Shown: one piece after another, positions 1-8,715 of the stretch
Numbering within the stretch: position 1 is the stretch's first letter
How the letters are laid out: each line of letters begins with the position of its first letter
Assembly (NCBI GenBank): GCA_046757025.1
Contig: JBHHXN010000036.1
Location: 1 to 36,852, forward strand
Source: a bacterium
GTDB lineage: Bacteria; Zhuqueibacterota; Zhuqueibacteria; Oceanimicrobiales; Oceanimicrobiaceae
DNA: 36,852 bases
Reading direction: 5' to 3'
Program-made: the position numbers and the translations under genes
The notes under the pieces: generated by a model
What the model saw: only the letters and a program-made list of their open reading frames with translations
The model's database searches: none
What the model was told of the DNA's origin: nothing

Positions 1-1
1 G

Positions 2-1891
2 GGGGGGGGCGGGGGCCCCACACCCCCCCCCCCCTTTTGGGGGGGGGGCGGGGGGGGGGTTAACACCACTCCGATTGAACTATTGCACCCCGGCGATTTG
101 GTATTCTCCCACGACGGCAAACCGCACCGGATCCTTCGTACGGTTCAGCGTGAATACCACGGCCAGATGATCGGCATTCGTCATGAAGGCAGCGAGCAAT
201 TCCTGTGGGTTACAGCCGATCATCGGGTGTTGATTAAAAAGAGAGGTTATACGCTAAGCGGTAAAAGGGATTGGAGCCACAATCTTGCAAGCAGCTTTCA
301 GAAAGCACGCAAATTGCGTAAAGAAATGACCAAAGCCGAACGACTGCTCTGGTCGAAATTACGCAATCGCCAACTGGGTGTGAAATTTCGCCGGCAGCAT
401 CCCATAGGTCCTTATATTGTTGATTTTCATTGCCCGGAACGAGCTTTGATCATTGAGGTTGATGGCGACTCACATTTTACCATAGAAGCCATGGCATACG
501 ACCGGCAACGAACTAACTATTTGCAAGAAACCGGCTTGCGGGTTATCCGCTTTACCAATACGCAAATATATGATTCCCTGGATAGTGTGGTGGATGAAAT
601 AGTAAAAAACATCGGAGAAGTGGAAGCAGACTTTTCAGAAGCGGTTGTTTGGATGGAAGCCAAATATTTACAAAAAGAAGATGTGGTATTTTTCGGAATC
701 GAACTCAAACCGATGAAAATCAGTGAACTAATCGTTGAAGAGGCCCGGGAGACCGTTTACGATTTGGAAGTAAAAGAGAGTCACTCCTTCCTTACCGAAG
801 TGTGCGCGGTACATAACTGCGGCAGCGGCACCACCGCGGCGGTGGCGGAAAAGCTGGGCCGAAAATGGATTGCCTGCGACCTGGGCCGGTTCGCCGTTCA
901 CACCACGCGCAAGCGGATGATTCAGGTGCAGCGGGAATTGAAAAAAGATGGCAAACCTTACCGCGCCTTTGAGGTGCTCAATCTGGGCAAATACGAACGG
1001 CAGTTCTTTTTCGGCGTGCCCGCCAATATTCCGCAAGAGCAGCAGGAACAACTGCTGGAAGCCAAACAGGAGAAATATGTCCGTCTCATCTTAGAGGGTT
1101 ATTCGGCGCAACGAGTACAGGGGCATAAATACCTGCACGGCAAAAAAGCCGGGCGCTTTGTGCATGTGGGACCGCTTTCTGTTCCCGTAACTAAAACGCT
1201 GGTGGAAGAGGTTTTTGAAGAATGCCGCCAGAACCTGATCACCCAGGTGGATATTTTAGGCTTTGAATTTGAAATGGGGCTGGTGCCGTACATCAAAGAC
1301 GAACTGCGCGGGCAGGGTGTGGACATCCGCATGCGCTACATCCCGCACGAAGCCTTCGACAAGCGCGCGGTTGAAAAAGGCCAGGTGAAATTTTACGATG
1401 TGGCATATATGCAGGTCAAGCCGCACATCAAAGGGAAAACCGTCAAAATCGAACTGACCAACTTCACCACCTACTACACACAGGATGACCTGGAAGAACT
1501 GGAAAAGACGCTGAAAAAAGGCGGTTCCAAAGTGGTCATCGAAAACGGGCAGATCACCAAATTGAGCAAAGACAAAAGCGGGATTCTAAAACGGGAAGTA
1601 CTCACTGAAAACTGGCTTGACTGGATCGACTACTGGGCGGTGGATTTCGATTACGAGGATAAAAAGGAAATCATTCAGATCAAAGAAGATAATAGAGTAA
1701 AAGAAATCTGGAGCGGCAATTATATTTTTGAAAATTTGTGGCAATCGTTCCGGACTAAAAAAAATCAAAAAATTGAATTGATTACCGCGCCGCACACTTT
1801 TGAAAAGGCGGGCAAATATAAAATCATGGTGAAAGTGGTGGACATCGTCGGCGTGGACACCTCGCACGTAATTGAAGTGGAAATAAAGTAG
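2..1891 (+). CDS. Site-specific DNA adenine methyltransferase (Type III R-M Mod-like), 5'-truncated, intein-containing
   Basis: The frame is open from the window edge, so the TTG at 83 is probably not the real start. After the intein comes SAM-binding motif I context CGSGTTAAVAEKLGRKWIACDLGRFA. The C-terminus WLDWIDYWAVDFD...KVVDIVGVDT is typical of Type III Mod-like proteins. The catalytic DPPY/F motif is not in the window. Confidence 0.85.
   Translation, partial: GGGGGPTPPPPFWGGGGGGVNTTPIELLHPGDLVFSHDGKPHRILRTVQREYHGQMIGIRHEGSEQFLWVTADHRVLIKKRGYTLSGKRDWSHNLASSFQKARKLRKEMTKAERLLWSKLRNRQLGVKFRRQHPIGPYIVDFHCPERALIIEVDGDSHFTIEAMAYDRQRTNYLQETGLRVIRFTNTQIYDSLDSVVDEIVKNIGEVEADFSEAVVWMEAKYLQKEDVVFFGIELKPMKISELIVEEARETVYDLEVKESHSFLTEVCAVHNCGSGTTAAVAEKLGRKWIACDLGRFAVHTTRKRMIQVQRELKKDGKPYRAFEVLNLGKYERQFFFGVPANIPQEQQEQLLEAKQEKYVRLILEGYSAQRVQGHKYLHGKKAGRFVHVGPLSVPVTKTLVEEVFEECRQNLITQVDILGFEFEMGLVPYIKDELRGQGVDIRMRYIPHEAFDKRAVEKGQVKFYDVAYMQVKPHIKGKTVKIELTNFTTYYTQDDLEELEKTLKKGGSKVVIENGQITKLSKDKSGILKREVLTENWLDWIDYWAVDFDYEDKKEIIQIKEDNRVKEIWSGNYIFENLWQSFRTKKNQKIELITAPHTFEKAGKYKIMVKVVDIVGVDTSHVIEVEIK
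62..817 (+). mobile_element. Intein (Hint domain, N-terminal block A not visible) with an embedded DUF559/Vsr-like PD-(D/E)XK endonuclease at about 296-613
   Basis: PIELLHPGDLV (N2), VTADH (block B, 209-223), WMEAKYLQKEDVV (N4), VYDLEVKESHSF (block F), VHN/C splice junction (His 812-814, Asn 815-817, Cys+1 818-820). The insert ARKLRKEMTKAERLLWSKLR..FRRQHPIGPYIVDF..IEVDGDSH..DRQRTNYL..GLRVIRFTN is the DUF559 signature. Confidence 0.9.
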
Positions 1892-2233
1892 GGATTGAAC
1901 GAACACGGCGGCAACGCTTGCAGCATTCTTACCAAACAGTTCTGCTGGCGACATTTTTTTAGTCCGAAGTTCCCTGCTCAAAATTGAAAAGATTCTTACA
2001 GAAGGACCTGGAAAACCTCGTTCAAATGTTAATTTTATCCGCTTTTTGAGGTGGGAAAGGTTAATCAAATTTTAAATCCTGTACTTTCACAGTATTTTGT
2101 TGAGTCAAGGTGGGGTTTTTAAAAATGAGAATTTGTCATTTGAGATTTATTTGGAATTTGTTATTTACGATTTGACTTTTCTTTGAAAAAATAAAGAATG
2201 AAACAGAAAACAATCAAACCATAATTATCGACC

Positions 2234-4423
2234 ATGCCCCCAAACCTGAACCACGAGCTGAAACGCCACTTTGGATTTGACCGCTTTCGGCCCGGACAGC
2301 TCGAGGCTGTTCAACATATCCAGAACAAGAATAACGTGCTGGTGGTGATGCCCACGGGCGCGGGCAAATCGCTGTGCTACCAGTTGCCGGCGTTGCTTAG
2401 CGATAAAACCACCCTGGTGGTGTCGCCGCTCATCGCTTTGATGAAAGACCAGGTGGAGTCGCTGCAGGTGCTGAACAAATCCGCCACCTTTATCAATAGC
2501 TCATTGAGCAAACCCGAGGTGGACAAACGGGTGCAGGGTCTGCAGCAGGGGCGATATCGCTTGGTCTATGTGGCGCCGGAGCGCTTCCGCAGCAACGCGT
2601 TCCTGGCGGCGCTGGCCAAAGTCGAAATTCATCTGCTGGTGGTGGACGAAGCGCACTGCATTTCGCACTGGGGGCACGATTTCCGCCCGGACTATTTGAC
2701 CTTGAGCAAAGTGATCGCCTTGCTGAATCAACCCACGGTGGCGGCGCTTACCGCCACCGCCACCTTAACTGTGCAGGACGACATCGTTCGGCATCTCGGC
2801 TTGAAGAAGTGTCAAAGGGTCGTCACGGGATTTAATCGGCCCAATCTCTCGTTTGAAGTGGAATACGCTTATGAGGACGCTACCAAATTGCTCTTCATTT
2901 CAAAGCTGTTGAATCGCAACGGCGCCAGCGCCATCATCTACACCAGTACCCGCGCCAAAGCCGAAGAAGTTGCCGACTATTTGCGCATTGTTTGCAAATG
3001 CAAATGCGATTATTATCACGCCGGCCTGAATGCGGTGGAGCGTTCCCGTATTCAGGAATCGTTCATGACCGACCAGACTCGGGTCATCGCCGCCACCAAC
3101 GCTTTCGGCATGGGCGTGGATAAAGCGAACATTCGCCACGTCATCCATTTTAATTTGCCCAGCACCCTGGAGGCTTATTACCAGGAAGCCGGCCGGGCGG
3201 GCCGCGACGGCAAGCCGGCGCGCAGTATTTTACTGTACTCGCCACAAGACCGCGCCATTCAGGAATGGTTTATCGAAAACAGCCTGCCGGAGTGGGATGA
3301 GCTGGCACATATTTTTGATCTGCTCAAAGATGCCGCCAGCAACCATTTTGTGCGCACCAGTCTGGGCTATTTGATGCGGATGACGCAGTTTTACGAAACC
3401 AAAATCCGCGTGGCCATTGCAGAGCTGGTGAACGAAGGTTTTTTGATCGACCGCGGCGATGAAAGCGGTATGATGAATTTCAAGCTGCCTCCCCGGCCGC
3501 GGGTTGATTTTTCAAATATCGTTCGGCGCATCCACGCCCGAAAAAAATACAAGTACCGCCAGCTCAACCAGATTATTGATTATTCGGAGAGCAATCGTTG
3601 TCGTCGGCGAATTATTTTAAAGCATTTTGGCGACACCGGCAGCGCCGAAGCCGAGCGCTGCTGCGACAATTGCGAATCCCAAAAGGCCGTGCAGGCGAAA
3701 CCGCCGAAATCCGGGCAAGATTACACGGAAACCGAAAAAGCCGCGCTCATCATTTTGCACGCGGTCAAACATCTCAAGCGCGACGTGGGACGGTCGCGTT
3801 TGGTAGAGATTTTGACAGGTTCCAAAGCCAGGGATATTTTCGAATATGGCTGGAACAAATCCAAATACTACAGCCGGCTGCAGCATTTCACCCAAAACCA
3901 GTGCCGGGATTTTATCGATCAGCTTCTGAAGAATCGCTTCCTGAAACTGGTGGGTAGCGATTATCCCGTGCTGAAATGCACTCCTCGCGGCGAGGAGGCG
4001 TTACAGAATTTAGCCAGCATTGCACTGGCGATGAATGCGGCACAAACGCCGGCGCCACCGGACTCGCCTTTGCGTCAGATTGCCGGTTTAACCCCTACCC
4101 AGCAGAAGACTCTGGCCTTGTTTCGTGAAGGTCAAACGGCGGAGGAAATCGCCGAACTGCGCGGATTGTCCGTGGGGACGATTTATACGCACATCAGTCA
4201 GCTCATCGGGCAGGGTCTGGTGCAGGTTTCCTCAGTGGTGCCAGTGGGCAAGATTAAAAAAATTCGTGAAGTGATGCGCCATGTAGGTGCTGGCGCCCTG
4301 AGTCCCATCAAAGAGCAGCTGCCGGAAGAATTCAGCTATGAGGAAATTCGCTGTGTGGTGGCGGCAGAGAGTTTAAAACCGCCTAAAGCGAGCTCAAAAC
4401 ACCCGGAACAAAATAATGTATGA
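2234..4423 (+). CDS. recQ: RecQ-family ATP-dependent DNA helicase with Zn site, RQC and C-terminal HTH
   Basis: FGFDRFRPGQ, MPTGAGKSLCY, VDEAHCISHWGHDFRPDY, ATNAFGMGVDK, QEAGRAGRDG, CRRRII..CCDNC. Confidence 0.93.
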   Translation: MPPNLNHELKRHFGFDRFRPGQLEAVQHIQNKNNVLVVMPTGAGKSLCYQLPALLSDKTTLVVSPLIALMKDQVESLQVLNKSATFINSSLSKPEVDKRVQGLQQGRYRLVYVAPERFRSNAFLAALAKVEIHLLVVDEAHCISHWGHDFRPDYLTLSKVIALLNQPTVAALTATATLTVQDDIVRHLGLKKCQRVVTGFNRPNLSFEVEYAYEDATKLLFISKLLNRNGASAIIYTSTRAKAEEVADYLRIVCKCKCDYYHAGLNAVERSRIQESFMTDQTRVIAATNAFGMGVDKANIRHVIHFNLPSTLEAYYQEAGRAGRDGKPARSILLYSPQDRAIQEWFIENSLPEWDELAHIFDLLKDAASNHFVRTSLGYLMRMTQFYETKIRVAIAELVNEGFLIDRGDESGMMNFKLPPRPRVDFSNIVRRIHARKKYKYRQLNQIIDYSESNRCRRRIILKHFGDTGSAEAERCCDNCESQKAVQAKPPKSGQDYTETEKAALIILHAVKHLKRDVGRSRLVEILTGSKARDIFEYGWNKSKYYSRLQHFTQNQCRDFIDQLLKNRFLKLVGSDYPVLKCTPRGEEALQNLASIALAMNAAQTPAPPDSPLRQIAGLTPTQQKTLALFREGQTAEEIAELRGLSVGTIYTHISQLIGQGLVQVSSVVPVGKIKKIREVMRHVGAGALSPIKEQLPEEFSYEEIRCVVAAESLKPPKASSKHPEQNNV

Positions 4424-4501
4424 TTTCACGGAAATTCGTTGAAAAAGTAAAATAATTTCAATACTTTGCTTTGCCGTGCGCGAGGTTTTTTGCAAAAAGA
4501 A

Positions 4502-4578
4502 GGAGAATGGAGGATAGAAGATGGAGGATGGAGATATAGGACCAGGAACAAAGGACAAAGGACAAAGGACAAGGGACA
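4502..4578 (+). repeat. Degenerate tandem heptamer arrays (GGAGGAT-like x5; ACAAAGG x3-4)
   Basis: ggagaat ggaggat agaagat ggaggat ggagat (4502-4535); acaaagg acaaagg acaaagg acaaggg (4548-4575). Confidence 0.8.
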
Positions 4579-4740
4579 CAGAATAAACAACCGAGGACAG
4601 AGAGTTGAGAGTGGCAGGACGATTTGGGATTTTCGGATTTCGACTTAGAGCTTTTCAATTAGTGACAATATATTTTTGATGTTTGGCGCAAGACGCCGAA
4701 ATTTTAAACTTAATTTTATTCATTAAACAAGGAGGGCAAA

Positions 4741-4941
4741 ATGGCAGTTGCAAGAGTCAGTGAAATTACCGCTTCTTCAACTACGGGCTTTCAGGACGCA
4801 TTTCAGGAGGGAATCAACCGCGCATCCGCGACTTTGAGAAATATCACCGGTGCGGAGATCGTCTCGCAAAAAGCGAAAATTGAAAACGGCAAAGTGGCAG
4901 AATACCGCGTGCGCATGAAGGTGACCTTTATTCTGGAATAA
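4741..4941 (+). CDS. Dodecin-family flavin-binding protein
   Basis: 66 aa; EITASSTTGFQDAFQEGINRASATLRNI..EYRVRMKVTF; strong RBS aaggagg at 4729-4735. Confidence 0.88.
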   Translation: MAVARVSEITASSTTGFQDAFQEGINRASATLRNITGAEIVSQKAKIENGKVAEYRVRMKVTFILE

Positions 4942-5349
4942 GAGGATTGGCTACGGCCGGAATTATTTTTGGATTTTATGCAACTTGGGGTGATTCATGG
5001 CAACAAAGATCATTTCGGCCGCTGCTTTGAATTTCAGGGTGATAAGTTGAAACTTTTACAATCCTAACTTAAGGGTTTGCTTTTGAACGATAAGTTTTAT
5101 TGAACCCTGAATGAGGTTGAAGGGAGATAAGCATGTGCTCTGACTTCATGTGTTGGGTTTGTCCCAATAACTAAAAGGAAGCGACGGATTGTCATTATCT
5201 CGAAGGCAGGAATCCAAGCCGGAATACACCCTCGTTAGGAGTCTTTCGAGTAAGAGATGGATCGTTTACGGATTGGGCCCTAATTATTTATTCGTCAGAC
5301 ACACTTGAAAGTAAAATAGCATAAACGTCATCTGGAATGAGGGATTTTG

Positions 5350-5706
5350 ATGAATTTTCATACTGAAAAAATCAACGAGGTGTTGGTTTTAAGAATTGAC
5401 GAAAAACGATTGGATACCAATGTCGCCTCAGAATTTAAAACCGAGCTGTTGCGGTTTGTGGACAAAGACGGCGAGAAGAAAATTCTGGTGGATTTGAAAA
5501 ATGTGGATTATGTGGACAGCTCGGGGCTGGGGGCGCTGCTGTTCGGGCATCGTCAGGCAAAAGCCCAGTCCGGAAATTTGAGTCTGGTGCATTTAAACGG
5601 CAAAATTAAAACGCTCATTCAAATCGCCAAACTGGAAAAGATTTTAGTCGGTTACAGCACCGAAGCCGAAGCCATTAACAGCTTTACGGCGTCTTTCCGG
5701 GAATGA
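5350..5706 (+). CDS. STAS-domain anti-sigma-factor antagonist
   Basis: RLDTNVASEFK..ILVDLKNVDYVDSSGLGALL (phosphorylatable DSSG motif); ATG at 5350 after a gaggg RBS. Confidence 0.9.
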   Translation: MNFHTEKINEVLVLRIDEKRLDTNVASEFKTELLRFVDKDGEKKILVDLKNVDYVDSSGLGALLFGHRQAKAQSGNLSLVHLNGKIKTLIQIAKLEKILVGYSTEAEAINSFTASFRE

Positions 5707-7235
5707 ACTATTTCAACAAAATATTGATTGCCAACCGTGGCGAAATCGCCGTTCGCATCATTCGCGGCTGTCAGGAGCTCGGCATTTCCACGGTGGCGGT
5801 TTACTCGGAAGTGGACCGGCTGGCGTTACACGTGAGAATGGCAGACGAAGCCTACGGCATCGGTGCGGCGCCGTCGCGCGAGAGCTACCTGGTTCAGGAA
5901 AAGCTCATCGAGGCGGCCAAAAAGGCCGGCGCCGAGGCCATCCATCCCGGCTACGGTTTTCTCGCGGAGAATCCCGAATTTGCCGCTCGCGTGGAAGCGG
6001 CCGGACTGGTTTTCATCGGGCCTTCTGCTGACGCCATGAAACTGATGGGGGACAAGACCGCAGCCCGACAGCGCATGATGCAGGCCGGCGTCCCCATCGT
6101 GCCGGGCACCGAGAAGCCGTTGCAAGATGTCGGGACGGCAAAAAAAATTGCTAATAAATTAGGCTACCCCATCATGTTGAAAGCGGCTGCGGGCGGCGGC
6201 GGTAAAGGCATGCGCATCGTGAAGCAGGAGTCGGAATTGGCTGTGGCCTGGCGTGCTGCCCAATCCGAAGCCGAGTCCGCGTTTGCCGACGGCCGGGTGT
6301 ACCTGGAAAAATATTTAGAAGCCCCGCGTCATATCGAATTTCAGATTTTAGCGGACGCACAAGGCCAGGTGGTGCATCTCGGCGAACGAGAATGTTCCAT
6401 TCAGCGCCGGCACCAGAAAGTCATCGAAGAAGCCCCTTCCTGTATTTTGAATGAAAGCCTGCGAGCCGAAATGGGCCAAGCGGCGGTGAAAGCCGCTCAA
6501 GCCTGTGGTTACCGCAACGCCGGCACCATCGAGTTTATGGTGGACAGCGAGAAAAACTTTTACTTTCTGGAAATGAACACACGTCTGCAAGTGGAGCACC
6601 CGGTGACGGAATGGATCACGGGTCTGGATTTGGTGAAGGAGCAGATTCGGATCGCGGCGGGTGAAAAATTGCCATTTGCGCAATCCGAGATCACATTTCA
6701 CGGCCACGCCATCGAGTGTCGAATTTATGCTGAAGACCCGGCCAACCATTTCCTGCCGTCCACAGGGAAAATCAGTAACATGTCCCTGCCAAGCGGTCCG
6801 GGAGTGCGCGTGGACAGCGGTTACTATGCCGGCAGCGAAGTGTCGGTTTACTACGATCCGCTGATCGCGAAATTGATCGTTTGGGGGCGGGATCGCAGCG
6901 AAGCCATCGCCCGCATGATACGCGCCTTGCAAGAGTACGAGATTTACGGCGTGGAAACGTCCATTCCGTTTTGCGCGCTGGTGATGAACAACGACAAGTT
7001 TGTGCGCGGCGAGTTCGACACGCATTTCATCGAAAAGGAATTTTTGAGGTCGGCTGATTTTTCCGGACAATCGGATGCCCGTGATAGCCGCGACGAGCAG
7101 ATTGCCGTCATCGCGGCCGCGTTGTTCGAGAATCAATTTAATAACAATGCAGCCAGCATGTCATCCCAAACGGACGACCTGCCCGTCAGTAAATGGAAAA
7201 TGTTTGGAAGACAGCAGCAGTTGCAGAATGGATGA
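5703..7235 (+). CDS. accC: Biotin carboxylase subunit of an acetyl/propionyl-CoA carboxylase
   Basis: KILIANRGEIAVRI, HPGYGFLAEN, KAAAGGGGKGMR, RECSIQRRHQK, EMNTRLQVEHPVTE; no biotinyl domain; ATGA overlap with the STAS gene. Confidence 0.9.
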   Translation: MNYFNKILIANRGEIAVRIIRGCQELGISTVAVYSEVDRLALHVRMADEAYGIGAAPSRESYLVQEKLIEAAKKAGAEAIHPGYGFLAENPEFAARVEAAGLVFIGPSADAMKLMGDKTAARQRMMQAGVPIVPGTEKPLQDVGTAKKIANKLGYPIMLKAAAGGGGKGMRIVKQESELAVAWRAAQSEAESAFADGRVYLEKYLEAPRHIEFQILADAQGQVVHLGERECSIQRRHQKVIEEAPSCILNESLRAEMGQAAVKAAQACGYRNAGTIEFMVDSEKNFYFLEMNTRLQVEHPVTEWITGLDLVKEQIRIAAGEKLPFAQSEITFHGHAIECRIYAEDPANHFLPSTGKISNMSLPSGPGVRVDSGYYAGSEVSVYYDPLIAKLIVWGRDRSEAIARMIRALQEYEIYGVETSIPFCALVMNNDKFVRGEFDTHFIEKEFLRSADFSGQSDARDSRDEQIAVIAAALFENQFNNNAASMSSQTDDLPVSKWKMFGRQQQLQNG

Positions 7236-7259
7236 ACATCGGGCGCTTCTTCTTGTATT

Positions 7260-7407
7260 TAGTGATTGACCGAAAAGTCCATATTTCTTTACCCTGAGCC
7301 CTTCGACAAGCTCAGGATAAACTGCGTCGAAGGGTGATAAGCTGTTGTTTTTACGTCATACTTCGACTCCGCTCAGCTTGAAGACGCTCGTTTTCGGTCA
7401 ATCAATA
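7260..7407. mobile_element. MITE-like element with 17-bp terminal inverted repeats and internal REP-like hairpins
   Basis: TAGTGATTGACCGAAAA (7260-7276) vs TTTTCGGTCAATCAATA (7391-7407), one mismatch; internal CCTGAGCCCTTCGACAAGCTCAGG...GTCGAAGGG. Confidence 0.7.
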
Positions 7408-7409
7408 TT

Positions 7410-7561
7410 TAGTGTCCATCCGAATTCGTCATTCCCGAATGCTCCCTGCTTACGGCATGCAGGGACAAGCTCATTAGGAATTTCGTGCCTAACCGACTAA
7501 GGGGTTCCCTGCTTAAAGATTGCGGGAATGACAAAAAAAGGCTCTTTACAGATGGACACCA
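7410..7561. mobile_element. Second adjacent MITE-like element enclosing a GTCATTCCCG...CGGGAATGAC palindrome
   Basis: TAGTGTCCATC (7410-7420) vs GATGGACACCA (7551-7561); perfect 10-bp internal inverted repeat at 7428-7437 / 7523-7532. Confidence 0.62.
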
Positions 7562-7673
7562 TTTAATCTCATCCATCAAAATGGCCGTTCATGCCGTCTA
7601 AAAATACCTTGCAAATCTGCCTGAAATTCCTTAATTTCAACCGCATATAAAATAGTCATCTACCATTGTTGGT

Positions 7674-8417
7674 ATGAGCAAATTTCAGTTATTATTCAAG
7701 AATCCTGAAAAATTTATTCGACTTGTGCGGGAACATTTAAACGTCCATGGTAAATTTGCTCATATCAAACGTCCGGAGTACCAGCCGCGCTTTTCAAAAA
7801 CGTTGTCTGAGTGGGTCATCCACCATCAGAACGAAATTCTCACCAAACAAGTCACCTGGATGGGTGTGCCCATTTGGAAGAATGTTTTGGACTTGCATAT
7901 TTATCAGGAGATCGTGTTTGAACAATCGCCGGATTTCATAGTAGAAATTGGTACGGCGTATGGCGGCTGTGCACTCTATTTGGCGTATTTGTGCGATATT
8001 TTGAACAAAGGCACGGTGGTGACCATCGACGTGGATCATGCGGAATGCGTGGCAGAGCATAAACGCATCATCAAAATAACCGGTAAAAGTCAAAATCCGC
8101 AGGTGGTGGAGCAAGTACACCGGATGGTGAAAGCGAGTTCGGCGCTGGTGATTCAGGACGGCGATCACAGTGCGGAAATGGTGCTGCAGGATTTAAACAA
8201 CTATGCGGATTTGGTCCCTGTCGGCAGCTATTTCATCGTAGAAGATACCATCGCCGATGTGTTCAACAACGGCAACGGAGTGGGCCGGAGCATAGATGGG
8301 CCTCTGTGCGCAGTGGAGCGGTTTCTTGCTGAAAATACCCATTTTGTGGTCGATAAAAACCGAGAAAGGTATCTCATCACCCAGAATCCGGGTGGGTATT
8401 TGAAGCGGATTTTATGA
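7674..8417 (+). CDS. CmcI (cephalosporin hydroxylase)/rhamnosyl O-methyltransferase-family SAM-dependent methyltransferase
   Basis: TWMGVPIWKNVLDLHIYQEIVFEQSPDFIVEIGTAYGG, IQDGDH, GSYFIVEDT, ITQNPGGYLKR. Confidence 0.85.
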   Translation: MSKFQLLFKNPEKFIRLVREHLNVHGKFAHIKRPEYQPRFSKTLSEWVIHHQNEILTKQVTWMGVPIWKNVLDLHIYQEIVFEQSPDFIVEIGTAYGGCALYLAYLCDILNKGTVVTIDVDHAECVAEHKRIIKITGKSQNPQVVEQVHRMVKASSALVIQDGDHSAEMVLQDLNNYADLVPVGSYFIVEDTIADVFNNGNGVGRSIDGPLCAVERFLAENTHFVVDKNRERYLITQNPGGYLKRIL

Positions 8418-8715
8418 GGAATGAGCACAACAACCAAAATCCAGAGATTGGGAGGAAATAGCAAATAGCCAGCGAAAGGCCATTTTCAACAAAGTGTGTT
8501 CATGCAATTGAGGCTCGATGAAAACAAAGAAACAACGTGTTTGTCATTCTGGAAGAATCTTTTTAATAAACAGAACTTTACGATCAAACAATAAAAATGT
8601 TTCCAGCATGACAGAGGCAATGATAATTTAAATTCAGACCCTCTCTTTTATTTTGATTGATGAGGAGTTTAAAATGCTCAATCCGAGTCGGGATAAAAAA
8701 AGGTAAACTGGAATT

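Noticed and set aside
1586..2068. 160-aa minus-strand ORF
   Set aside because: Largely antisense to the methyltransferase; no motifs; shadow ORF.
4548..4578. Possible CRISPR array here or at 19529-19676
   Set aside because: Short tandem units without unique spacers; no cas genes in the window.
4394..4658. Three 60-66 aa ORFs (LSFVLCPLS-type)
   Set aside because: Their sequence is just the translation of heptamer repeats.
8418..8715. Cobalamin riboswitch upstream of meaB and the mutase
   Set aside because: No recognisable B12-box or GGGAA core seen; only degenerate repeats.
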